A stretch of 64,000 nucleotides of DNA from IMG/VR virus record IMGVR_UViG_3300046808_001241, positions 1-64,000 of that record; one strand, given 5' to 3'. The translations under genes were made by a program, and so were the position numbers. Below the pieces are notes generated by a model. The model did not search any database and was not told the DNA's origin. It saw only the letters and a list, made by a program, of their open reading frames with translations. This document shows, one piece after another, positions 8,632 through 16,341 of the stretch (positions within the stretch are counted from its first letter, which is position 1; each line of letters starts with the position of its first letter).

Positions 8632-8678
8632 TTTCATAACAGTATAGAGAGAGGTCTTCGGGCCTCTCTTTCTTTTTG
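8632..8678 (+). terminator. TTTCATAACAGTAT followed by UUCG terminator hairpin
   Basis: GAGAGGTC-TTCG-GGCCTCTC then a T tract. Confidence 0.8.
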
Positions 8679-8713
8679 TTGACCTGTCTTGCAGACTCTC
8701 TGACTATAGACAT

Positions 8714-8941
8714 ATGAGCACACACAACTATAGGCAAGACATGGAGCGGATGGAAGCCAAGGAGAAGATCGAGCGGCTTGAATGGGAGCTAGCTTGTGAG
8801 AAGGAGTGGACTGAGAAGCTGCAGAAGATAGCACGGGAGCATTATAAAAGTGCAGAGACAGCTAGACAAGAGCGAGACGAGGCTCGCAAAGATGCAGAGT
8901 ACCACAAAGCCCGCTACGACGTACTGAGGGAGAGCTGGTAA
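8714..8941 (+). CDS. early coiled-coil hypothetical protein
   Basis: after promoter 8679. Confidence 0.75.
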   Translation: MSTHNYRQDMERMEAKEKIERLEWELACEKEWTEKLQKIAREHYKSAETARQERDEARKDAEYHKARYDVLRESW

Positions 8942-9202
8942 CATCTTATAACTAAACGACTTATCAATATTGTGGAATGTGTCTTCGCTGGGGGAGTGTT
9001 CGAGGGCCAGTGGGTGGGACTGGATGAAGTGGAAGTAGTGGAGAGCTTCCAGAAGCAATTGGTTCCCAATAATAGGTTTATAACTTCTCCCTTCTGTACG
9101 TTCTTTTATAGGGGCAACAAGTACACGTCTCAGGTGACAAAGAGGCCGACATGGGTCTTTGAATAGTTGACCTGTCCTATAGTCTCCCTGAAAGTCTTTC
9201 TC

Positions 9203-9430
9203 ATGCACACAACCCAAACTCTCATCAATCAACTGATCAAGACTCTCGCCGAACAACTCCGGGCAGTTGATAATGCTACTCTGGGACTGAAGAGTACCTA
9301 CAAGAAGATCGCTCAGTGTTCCAAGACAGTGGCACAGCTTGAGAAGCTCGGAGTGGATCACAACACAGCATACGACAGGGCTGACTTGATCAATGGAGTA
9401 GCGGATCGCGAGACTCTTGGAATGGCTTAA
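9203..9430 (+). CDS. early hypothetical protein
   Basis: after promoter 9167. Confidence 0.75.
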   Translation: MHTTQTLINQLIKTLAEQLRAVDNATLGLKSTYKKIAQCSKTVAQLEKLGVDHNTAYDRADLINGVADRETLGMA

Positions 9431-9434
9431 TACT

Positions 9435-9698
9435 ATGATACTCAATCTATTCCCTCACCTTAAAGGCTACAAAGTACTTCATGGATCTCCGGGGTGCGAG
9501 ACTCCAGAGACTATCAAATCGATTCGGACTGATAGGATTAAGAAGAGCTTCCTGACTCTAGAGTTCGACAGTGGAGTCTTCACCTACATTAACAAAGAAG
9601 ACTTTGATCGGTTCCTGGAAGAAGGAAAGGTATACTTCCAGCGAGCGGCAGGCAGGATGGGCTTCGAAGCTCCAGAGAGTTTGGTTGACCTGTCCTGA
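9435..9698 (+). CDS. hypothetical protein
   Basis: ends inside motif 9685; start uncertain. Confidence 0.65.
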   Translation: MILNLFPHLKGYKVLHGSPGCETPETIKSIRTDRIKKSFLTLEFDSGVFTYINKEDFDRFLEEGKVYFQRAAGRMGFEAPESLVDLS

Positions 9699-9723
9699 GA
9701 CTTTATAGAATATCAATATCGTT

Positions 9724-10062
9724 ATGAGAATAAATACTCCATTCACAATCACTAGCCGTATTGCAGAAGCTCTTGGACTTCCTGACAGCCATATGGCGGA
9801 TGCTCTTCTGATCACTCGGTACAAAGCTGTTGCAGAGATTGTCTCCAGCTTCCTGAACTATACAGATAACAAGATCGCTTCTCAGCAAGGGTTCTTTGCT
9901 TCTATGATCATTCGGATCCTTCTCCCTAATGACAAGGCCGTGCACTTCTCTGATATGCAGACGGTTATCAATATCATCATGAATGGGGAGAAGGCTATAC
10001 AGGAAGAGATGAAGCAGGAGAGGGAAGACTGGAGAGCGGCGCGGGAACTTGCTACTGCTTAA
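9724..10062 (+). CDS. early hypothetical protein
   Basis: after promoter 9685. Confidence 0.75.
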   Translation: MRINTPFTITSRIAEALGLPDSHMADALLITRYKAVAEIVSSFLNYTDNKIASQQGFFASMIIRILLPNDKAVHFSDMQTVINIIMNGEKAIQEEMKQEREDWRAARELATA

Positions 10063-10068
10063 GACTTT

Positions 10069-10239
10069 ATGGAAGACACTACTCCTTCTTATGAACAGCT
10101 TTACATGGAACACCAGAGAGTCCTGGCTGAGTACTATAGAGACTCTGTAGACTTCCATAAGCAGATCATACAGCTTAAGGACGAGCTAGCAGAAGCAAAG
10201 CTAGCCCTACAAAACCAATCCTCAAAAGAAAGAAAGTGA
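10069..10239 (+). CDS. small coiled-coil protein (56 aa, not in ORF track)
   Basis: open frame filling the gap before promoter 10249. Confidence 0.55.
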   Translation: MEDTTPSYEQLYMEHQRVLAEYYRDSVDFHKQIIQLKDELAEAKLALQNQSSKERK

Positions 10240-10283
10240 TCTTATCTATTGACTTGTCCAACGATTGGTCTTAATATTATCTC

Positions 10284-10856
10284 ATGATTAAAACAGCTAA
10301 GAAGAAAAAAGCAGCGAAGGGCAAAGGGTTCAAGATTAAACCAATCCCGTTGAGTGAAGAGCAGATCACAATGTTTGTTAGTCATTATAAACAGTTTAAG
10401 TCTTTTCCTGGCTCAAAGATCCCTTGCACTATTACTGGAAAGCTAACTACTTGTGTAGGGCCTTGGATGCAGAAGAAGATCAAGGAGTTCGGTTCAGCGG
10501 AGTCCTTGTTGCGCAACTACCAATGCAGGGGAGCTCTTAAAGACCAAAGGATTAAAGCAAAGCCTCAGAAGGTTAAACGGAAGAGTAAAGTAAAGGATCT
10601 TATTGAAAAGGAAGAGGGTAAGTATAACATTCCTTCCATGGATAGTTTTGTAAAGCCCACACCATATGATCCCGCAAAAGAATCTGAGTCCGTCTGCTTG
10701 CGGCCCGATATCTTTCTGTCGAACGATCGGCATTGTGATGGATGTCACCACTTTAAGATCTGCCGCAGCCGTCTCAAGAATCTTCCAAAGCATGTTTCAT
10801 TTGATGGAAACAGCTTTGTGTACGATGAAGGTTACAAGACAAAGAAAAAGAAATGA
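10284..10856 (+). CDS. Lys-rich early protein with Cys/His cluster, possible nucleic-acid binder
   Basis: very basic; C-x9-H-C-x2-C-HH-x3-C; promoter at 10249. Confidence 0.75.
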   Translation: MIKTAKKKKAAKGKGFKIKPIPLSEEQITMFVSHYKQFKSFPGSKIPCTITGKLTTCVGPWMQKKIKEFGSAESLLRNYQCRGALKDQRIKAKPQKVKRKSKVKDLIEKEEGKYNIPSMDSFVKPTPYDPAKESESVCLRPDIFLSNDRHCDGCHHFKICRSRLKNLPKHVSFDGNSFVYDEGYKTKKKK

Positions 10857-10969
10857 TCTGGTACATCTATATAGCCTTCATGTCAATACTGATTACTGTC
10901 AACCTCTATGAGTGGTACAAAAAGGTAAAGTAGTTGACGTGTCCGAAGCCTTTCCGGAATATAGACAAC

Positions 10970-11482
10970 ATGACACAGAAGAAGATCTCAATGAATAGGC
11001 GGAAGCTTTCTTCGCCGTACTTCTCAATAAGAAAGGAGAAGGTCAAGTGGCCAACTATCCGCGGAGCATATATGACGGATAGCAATGTGCCTGTACTCAA
11101 AGACTTTGTAACGAAGAAGGGTCGTTCGATTATCTTTCTGGATGGGAAGTATGATACTACTCTGAATCGTTATAAGAATCTTCCATCCGAAGAGCGAGCG
11201 ATCGCTTGGGAGTTCATGTGCAGAGAGAATGGAGTCAAAGGAGGGATCTTCATGCTGTGCTGGCTTGGGAACTTCCACAATGGGTGCATCTTCCATGCCT
11301 CTCCTCAGTTCCCACAGATTCAATGCTGGTATGAACAGATGGGAGTAGAGAGGGCTAATGCGTTCTTCGAGAGGCAAGCATTCAAGATCTATAACGAAGT
11401 GGTAAAGATTGTACACAATGGTGGTTCGATTGTGGATAAAGAAGTGCAAGAGTTTATAACTAATGGCACCAACAAAGTTTAA
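10970..11482 (+). CDS. early hypothetical protein
   Basis: after promoter 10934. Confidence 0.75.
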   Translation: MTQKKISMNRRKLSSPYFSIRKEKVKWPTIRGAYMTDSNVPVLKDFVTKKGRSIIFLDGKYDTTLNRYKNLPSEERAIAWEFMCRENGVKGGIFMLCWLGNFHNGCIFHASPQFPQIQCWYEQMGVERANAFFERQAFKIYNEVVKIVHNGGSIVDKEVQEFITNGTNKV

Positions 11483-11483
11483 T

Positions 11484-11681
11484 ATGACAAAAGAACGACA
11501 AAAACAATTAGAAGATTGCGAGCTTATGCTAGGAAGGATTGCCAACCTGGTGCAAGAGTTCTGTGAAGAGGATGAGACTACCTTGCAAGGAGTTGCAAAG
11601 CTTGTTGCAACCTATAGAGATTATCAAGCACAAGAAGCTTGGGACTTTGTATACTCCTTGCATCTGAAGAAGAAGATATGA
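11484..11681 (+). CDS. hypothetical protein
   Basis: tightly packed ORF. Confidence 0.6.
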   Translation: MTKERQKQLEDCELMLGRIANLVQEFCEEDETTLQGVAKLVATYRDYQAQEAWDFVYSLHLKKKI

Positions 11682-11875
11682 AGATCGTAAAAGTCCCTAT
11701 AGAACTATCCTTGATGAGCTACTTTGATGAAGCACACAGTTCTCTTGTAATGGCTGCTGAGGTTGCTCATTTCGAAAAGCATCCAGAAGCTCAGAACATT
11801 TCTGAACTAATCGATACATTGGAAGAAATTATTCTAAAGGTTTGTGACGAGACATCTTTAACACAAAAAACATGA
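11678..11875 (+). CDS. hypothetical protein
   Basis: ATGA overlap. Confidence 0.6.
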   Translation: MKIVKVPIELSLMSYFDEAHSSLVMAAEVAHFEKHPEAQNISELIDTLEEIILKVCDETSLTQKT

Positions 11876-12054
11876 CAATGCCACTACACATTCAAAGGTC
11901 CCTTGTGACAGCTCTCTATACTACTATAAGTGTTTATTATCCGTTGCGAAATAAGCAGCTTGCGGCGCGCGAGTACGTTAAGCAATCTATTGAGGCTCTG
12001 AGGTATATTCAAATGAATACTCCGGGCGAGGACTGGATAGCGGTAATGATGTAG
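11872..12054 (+). CDS. hypothetical protein
   Basis: ATGA overlap. Confidence 0.55.
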   Translation: MTMPLHIQRSLVTALYTTISVYYPLRNKQLAAREYVKQSIEALRYIQMNTPGEDWIAVMM

Positions 12055-12078
12055 GGGAGTTGTAGTTTAAATAAGTTT

Positions 12079-12684
12079 ATGAAATTTGATGAGGCAATAG
12101 ACACCTATCTAGCTACATCATTCTTTGTGGAGAGTCCGATGTATTATGATGGGTTGTTTAATGAGCAGATGAATGACATTGAACACAATAAACAAATTGC
12201 TCAGAACATCATATCTAGCAACAAACCTTTTGATAGATTTGAAAGTTGGGTTGTATATAGAGTCGTTGATGGCTTTGATGAAGACATACGGACGTTTTGT
12301 TTAATTAAAGATGGGTTAGTTGATGCTTTTATGGAGATAGCAACTAGTAAAGACAACTACTTCAGCAGAGGAGTGTGGCAGAGAAACACGGCTGATAATA
12401 AAGGTTTAATTAGAAACTTTATTCTTAATTTTTTACCAAAGCACTATACTTCATTAATCTCCGACAAAACAGCTAACAAACTGGGCATTAAATTTTATAA
12501 AAAACTTCTAGATGTTTGCATACAAAAAGGATTAAAAGTGACCGTTCTTAAAGGATCTCTTAAAAACGAAATTCCTTATCATGCAAATCAGTTTGAAAGC
12601 TATTGGCACAATGTCAATAGAGATGTTCCTACGCATCCTACATTCGTAACAACAAAGGATGATTTGTTTAAGATTTATTTTTGA
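12079..12684 (+). CDS. ESP-family paralog 1 (possible GNAT-like fold)
   Basis: TAAATA at 12068; VESP, SDKTANKLGIKFYKKLL, FESYWH, LFKIYF match 61397 and 13782. Confidence 0.75.
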   Translation: MKFDEAIDTYLATSFFVESPMYYDGLFNEQMNDIEHNKQIAQNIISSNKPFDRFESWVVYRVVDGFDEDIRTFCLIKDGLVDAFMEIATSKDNYFSRGVWQRNTADNKGLIRNFILNFLPKHYTSLISDKTANKLGIKFYKKLLDVCIQKGLKVTVLKGSLKNEIPYHANQFESYWHNVNRDVPTHPTFVTTKDDLFKIYF

Positions 12685-12704
12685 AACGATAAATAACGGT
12701 TGTC

Positions 12705-13073
12705 ATGAAGGTCGTTAAGCTTTTATTGTTGTCTGTTGTTATAAGTGCTTGCACGAGCAATCCACCCACAAATGTTCCGGAATGGGTCGGTAAGATGAAG
12801 AATGCATGCTTGCCGGAAGCAATTGTAATGACACAAGGGTTGAAGGCTAGCGGTATACAAGCAAAGGTGTTGTCAATTCACACAAAAGATTGGGGACATG
12901 CTACATGTGTTTATATGTATCCTCCGGGCCGGAACAAATTGTGGGTATGGGATAGCCATTGGCAATCTGTTCCTCTGAGAGCTTTTTGGAATGATCCAAA
13001 CTCTGTTGCAAGAGCATGGATGAAATGGAGATATGACGAAACTCCGTTAACAAACGTTTACTTTCAAGAATAG
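12705..13073 (+). CDS. lipoprotein with putative Cys-His-Asp (papain/transglutaminase-like) triad
   Basis: lipobox ISAC; NACLP, WGHATC, VWDS; TAAATA at 12690. Confidence 0.65.
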   Translation: MKVVKLLLLSVVISACTSNPPTNVPEWVGKMKNACLPEAIVMTQGLKASGIQAKVLSIHTKDWGHATCVYMYPPGRNKLWVWDSHWQSVPLRAFWNDPNSVARAWMKWRYDETPLTNVYFQE

Positions 13074-13108
13074 TTGACATGTCCGATAAGGCAACTGACT
13101 ATTATTGA

Positions 13109-13291
13109 ATGAAGACAGACGAATATTTTGTAGAGACTGTTCCGTGCGTCCATGTAGGTGATGAGGAATGGATTCCTACAGATAAAGTTGAATTTGTAGA
13201 TATCTGTGAGGATTTCTGCGGTTATGATCTAATGACGTTTATTTATAAAGGCAAACAAATGCAATCTAAAATTACCACTAGGCCAGTATAA
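13109..13291 (+). CDS. early hypothetical protein
   Basis: ATG 35 nt after promoter 13074. Confidence 0.75.
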   Translation: MKTDEYFVETVPCVHVGDEEWIPTDKVEFVDICEDFCGYDLMTFIYKGKQMQSKITTRPV

Positions 13292-13503
13292 TGGACACGT
13301 ACGTCAAGCTTATTCCAAATGCTGAGGTAAAAGGCTTTATAAAACAAGCGCAAACCGCTGGAAGAGACATTGAAGTAAGTGCTGCAGATACGTTTTTTAT
13401 ACGAGACAAAAAGACTAATGCGATGATTCTCAAAGGTATGAGAATTAGACAAGACTTATGGGGATTGACATTCACTAAAACATATTATCCAGAACCAACA
13501 TAA
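13291..13503 (+). CDS. hypothetical protein, distant paralog of 7513
   Basis: RD..T, GM, W..F..Y.EP pattern shared. Confidence 0.7.
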   Translation: MDTYVKLIPNAEVKGFIKQAQTAGRDIEVSAADTFFIRDKKTNAMILKGMRIRQDLWGLTFTKTYYPEPT

Positions 13504-13508
13504 TTTAT

Positions 13509-13766
13509 ATGGACGACATTCACATTATTGAACAGAAGGACCGAGTTGTTATTCAATCTTATTTTAAACTCAGACACAATCATAACAACTATACGTTTGT
13601 TGATTATATTTACGAAGATAGTGGAGAGCCGCTCGAGTGTGGGGAGTTCAACTCAATCTTCAATATTAGCGGCAAGCTGGTGGATAACGAAGAACTTAAG
13701 GATACAATTGGTCAGTTTTGTAATCTGGTACGGACTTGTAGAAAGGTTGTGGTAGTTGATAAATAA
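13509..13766 (+). CDS. hypothetical protein
   Basis: 85 aa ORF. Confidence 0.65.
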   Translation: MDDIHIIEQKDRVVIQSYFKLRHNHNNYTFVDYIYEDSGEPLECGEFNSIFNISGKLVDNEELKDTIGQFCNLVRTCRKVVVVDK

Positions 13767-13781
13767 CTTCTCTGAGAAGAA

Positions 13782-14369
13782 ATGACTTTAAAATTTGAAA
13801 AGTTTCTAAATTACTATAACAGACACGAAAGAATTCTAAATGAATCTCCGGTTAGATTAGGAAGACAATACAGCGAAGAGTTAGACAACAACTGGTTTAA
13901 TGTTGAAACGGCTAAGGAAACTTTAGAAGATTCCTCGTTTGAGAAAGTTCTTTCGAAAGAAGTATTTGACGTTAATTTAAACTTATTTAGAGATGTTTAC
14001 GAAGAAGATAAGTTTCAAGATTATTGGATGACTGATCAGCCGTTTATAAGTTGTTATTTTCTTTTTCAAAAGTCTGGAAAAGGTTTACAATCACTGAGAG
14101 TTTGGAACCATAAAGCATTTAAAGGAACTGCAAAAGATTTGTTTTTTTCTTATTATTTGCAAAATTTTGATTTTATTATAAGTGATAACAAACATTCTGA
14201 TCAAGGAGAATCATACTGGAAGAAGATTGTTAAAATTGCTCGAACTAACGGAAACGCAGTTACAGTTATTGCCAGAGACGGAATCGAAAGCGATCTAAAA
14301 AATTTAGATGGTCTTTGGGGAAGTTCTGAAGAGTTCTCAAAATTTAGAATTAAAGTTTTTAAAAGATAA
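13782..14369 (+). CDS. ESP-family paralog 2 (possible GNAT-like fold)
   Basis: TAAATA at 13760; LNESP, SDNKHSDQGESYWKKIV. Confidence 0.75.
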   Translation: MTLKFEKFLNYYNRHERILNESPVRLGRQYSEELDNNWFNVETAKETLEDSSFEKVLSKEVFDVNLNLFRDVYEEDKFQDYWMTDQPFISCYFLFQKSGKGLQSLRVWNHKAFKGTAKDLFFSYYLQNFDFIISDNKHSDQGESYWKKIVKIARTNGNAVTVIARDGIESDLKNLDGLWGSSEEFSKFRIKVFKR

Positions 14370-14377
14370 ATAACTTC

Positions 14378-14668
14378 ATGAAATCCAAAGACCAACAACT
14401 CCTAGAAGAAGCTTATACTAAAATCAACGAACAAGAAGAGCAAGGCTTTAGTTACTACTCCGGTCCCTCGGAAGATGTAATGTTCTTAGAAGATTTGGAT
14501 GTAGACAACTTTAAAAGAAAAGTTCAAGAGGGACAGCACTTTAAAACAGCTTATGTTGCTCATAAAGCTGATGCTGTGAACTACGGATATCCGGACGAAG
14601 GAGCTCATGAGTTTTATGTTTTTTACGACAAACAAGACTTTGCTCATCCTGCGTTGATTCCTGTCTAA
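14378..14668 (+). CDS. putative late internal head protein
   Basis: TAAATA at 14367; MKSKDQQLLEEAY. Confidence 0.7.
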   Translation: MKSKDQQLLEEAYTKINEQEEQGFSYYSGPSEDVMFLEDLDVDNFKRKVQEGQHFKTAYVAHKADAVNYGYPDEGAHEFYVFYDKQDFAHPALIPV

Positions 14669-14702
14669 CGAATATTTTCCCGTCGGGAGAATAAGTAATT
14701 AA

Positions 14703-15005
14703 ATGAAGAAACAAATTACTCTTAAGCAGGCACATGACTTGCTTCAAATATCACCAGTTATCGGTTTAGAAGGTAGATATATTGTTCCTTCATTGTTTGA
14801 GTTAGAAGGAGAAGAGGGATCTGAATTCTGTGTATTGTACTGGACGGAGATTTATAAAGAAGATCCTGTCGATTTTACAGTCGTGTTTGAAGAGGGAGAT
14901 AACAAAAAATGCGAACTTGATGGTTGTGAGCTTGTGCTCGTAAACAACGAAGGAGAAGAAGAAGTTCTTCAATTATTAGTTCCTCATTATCCTGAATTTG
15001 ATTAA
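14703..15005 (+). CDS. acidic hypothetical protein
   Basis: 100 aa ORF. Confidence 0.65.
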   Translation: MKKQITLKQAHDLLQISPVIGLEGRYIVPSLFELEGEEGSEFCVLYWTEIYKEDPVDFTVVFEEGDNKKCELDGCELVLVNNEGEEEVLQLLVPHYPEFD

Positions 15006-15013
15006 ATAATTTT

Positions 15014-15106
15014 ATGACAGGATTTCTAATCCTACACGGCGCAGTGACATTGGTTTGTTTTATTATTGCAATTATAGGAATTAGAGAAGATATAAAAAGA
15101 CGTTGA
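15014..15106 (+). CDS. 30-aa hydrophobic peptide
   Basis: TAAATA at 15003; single TM; stop is the TGA of motif 15103. Confidence 0.45.
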   Translation: MTGFLILHGAVTLVCFIIAIIGIREDIKRR

Positions 15107-15137
15107 CCTACCCAAACAACGATAGGATTATGTCTTA

Positions 15138-15455
15138 ATGACCGCTGCTAAAACCTACGCTGTTAATTCTAATTCAACTTCTATTAACGGAACTCAATAT
15201 TTGGGTTATGTAACCATCACTTACGACGAGCTCGTAAAAACGCTTGGCCAACCAAAGGAAGGCAGTGCTGATGGAAAAACTACATGCGAATGGCATGTAG
15301 AATTCGAAGATGGGTCAGTAGCTACAGTGTATGACTGGAAGGTTGGATATACGCCTAAAAATTTGCATGATTGGCATGTCGGAGGAAGGTCAGGGATTGC
15401 TCTCGATTATCTAGAAGAAGTTTTAGAAAAACAAATCACTCGTTCAAAATACTAA
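15138..15455 (+). CDS. phage hypothetical protein
   Basis: GKTTCEW...ATVYDWK pattern; promoter at 15103. Confidence 0.8.
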   Translation: MTAAKTYAVNSNSTSINGTQYLGYVTITYDELVKTLGQPKEGSADGKTTCEWHVEFEDGSVATVYDWKVGYTPKNLHDWHVGGRSGIALDYLEEVLEKQITRSKY

Positions 15456-15461
15456 TTTATT

Positions 15462-15752
15462 ATGACTCAACACACTACTATTAATGATTTAGTTTCAGCG
15501 ACAAAACGGAAAATCAGCGACATAAACAGCATTGTTGATGTATTGCTTTCTGGATATCGTACAGCTTCAGAATTGCTAGATGATCAAATTGATCACAGAA
15601 AGACATACGTCGACCAGTTACAAGAATTAAACAAAGAGCTCTCAGCAATTACTGATGGTCACCCAGCGCTTAAAACAGAAAAACTTGCTCAAGACGTTTT
15701 TGCTAGTTTGGTTAATATAGCATGCGGTGACAGCTTTTCAGCTAAAATATAA
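15462..15752 (+). CDS. coiled-coil hypothetical protein
   Basis: 96 aa ORF. Confidence 0.65.
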   Translation: MTQHTTINDLVSATKRKISDINSIVDVLLSGYRTASELLDDQIDHRKTYVDQLQELNKELSAITDGHPALKTEKLAQDVFASLVNIACGDSFSAKI

Positions 15753-15762
15753 AACACTGATA

Positions 15763-15942
15763 ATGAAGGGATATTGGGATCATAAAACAAAGCCTTCTAC
15801 GTTTGTTGTTGTAAAAGATGGACAGGAAATTTATAGAGGACCGTTTGAAGGTGGATATAAATTAATTTCTCTTAACAGGTGTTATAAAACAGAGGTAGCA
15901 AAATATTTCAAGGAGCCTGAATGTCTCACTCCTAAAAAATAA
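15763..15942 (+). CDS. hypothetical protein
   Basis: ends just before promoter 15944. Confidence 0.55.
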   Translation: MKGYWDHKTKPSTFVVVKDGQEIYRGPFEGGYKLISLNRCYKTEVAKYFKEPECLTPKK

Positions 15943-15978
15943 GTTGTCTTGTCCGTTTACAGAATGGACTATAGTTCT

Positions 15979-16341
15979 ATGATTAAATCAAATGTAACTG
16001 TATATCGAGCTCCGTGGATTACTCTTTTGCGTTTCGATGATCGAGAAAATTGGTTTATAGCAAGAGAGCCTGGGTTCTCTTATCAAAGTAAGCTGAAAGG
16101 AGAAGAAGCAGCAGAGGAGGCTTTTCATCTTACAAATGCTCCAGAAGATTGTTTGGAAGACGATCATAAAGAAATTCTTGCAGAACAACAATTTAAAGGA
16201 CCTTCTTTGTCCGTGGGAGATATAGTAAGAGTTGAACCTATTGTAAAAGGGTCTAAAATGCCAGAATACTATCTGTGTAAGTCTTTTGGTTGGGAGAAGT
16301 ACGGAGGAGATGTAATTCAATTGTTAAAACACTTACTATGA
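15979..16341 (+). CDS. hypothetical protein with SLSVGDIV motif
   Basis: ATG 35 nt after promoter 15944. Confidence 0.75.
   Translation: MIKSNVTVYRAPWITLLRFDDRENWFIAREPGFSYQSKLKGEEAAEEAFHLTNAPEDCLEDDHKEILAEQQFKGPSLSVGDIVRVEPIVKGSKMPEYYLCKSFGWEKYGGDVIQLLKHLL

Larger units (their letters stand above)
185..15954 (+). promoter_or_regulatory. Array of early promoters, TTGACNTGTCC extended -35 plus a -10 at 17-bp spacing (25 copies in this span)
   Basis: Motif starts at 185, 400, 615, 910, 1380, 2440, 2946, 3239, 3940, 4214, 4465, 4682, 5271, 5787, 6316, 7474, 7934, 8679, 9167, 9685, 10249, 10934, 13074, 15103 and 15944. A -10-like hexamer (TATACT, TAGAAT, TACAAT, TAAGAT, GAGAAT, GACTAT, GAATAT) usually begins 23 nt after the first T, and an ATG follows at +35 to +39. 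Confidence 0.9.

Noticed and set aside
185-10970. ORF-track N-termini beginning MTCP or LTCP (185, 2946, 3239, 4465, 7934, 9167, 10934) as a shared peptide motif
   Set aside because: They are the promoter TTGACCTGTCC read from a TTG. The real starts are the ATGs 35-39 nt downstream.
397-11545. Long minus-strand ORFs in the early region (for example 1632-2360, 8789-9445, 11024-11545)
   Set aside because: They are antisense shadows of promoter-supported plus-strand genes, with no motifs or promoters of their own.
185-15954. CRISPR array or mini-array interpretation of the regularly recurring repeat
   Set aside because: The repeat is only about 11 bp, spacing is 200-2000 bp, each interval holds an ORF, and the repeat has -35/-10 geometry. 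No cas genes are present.
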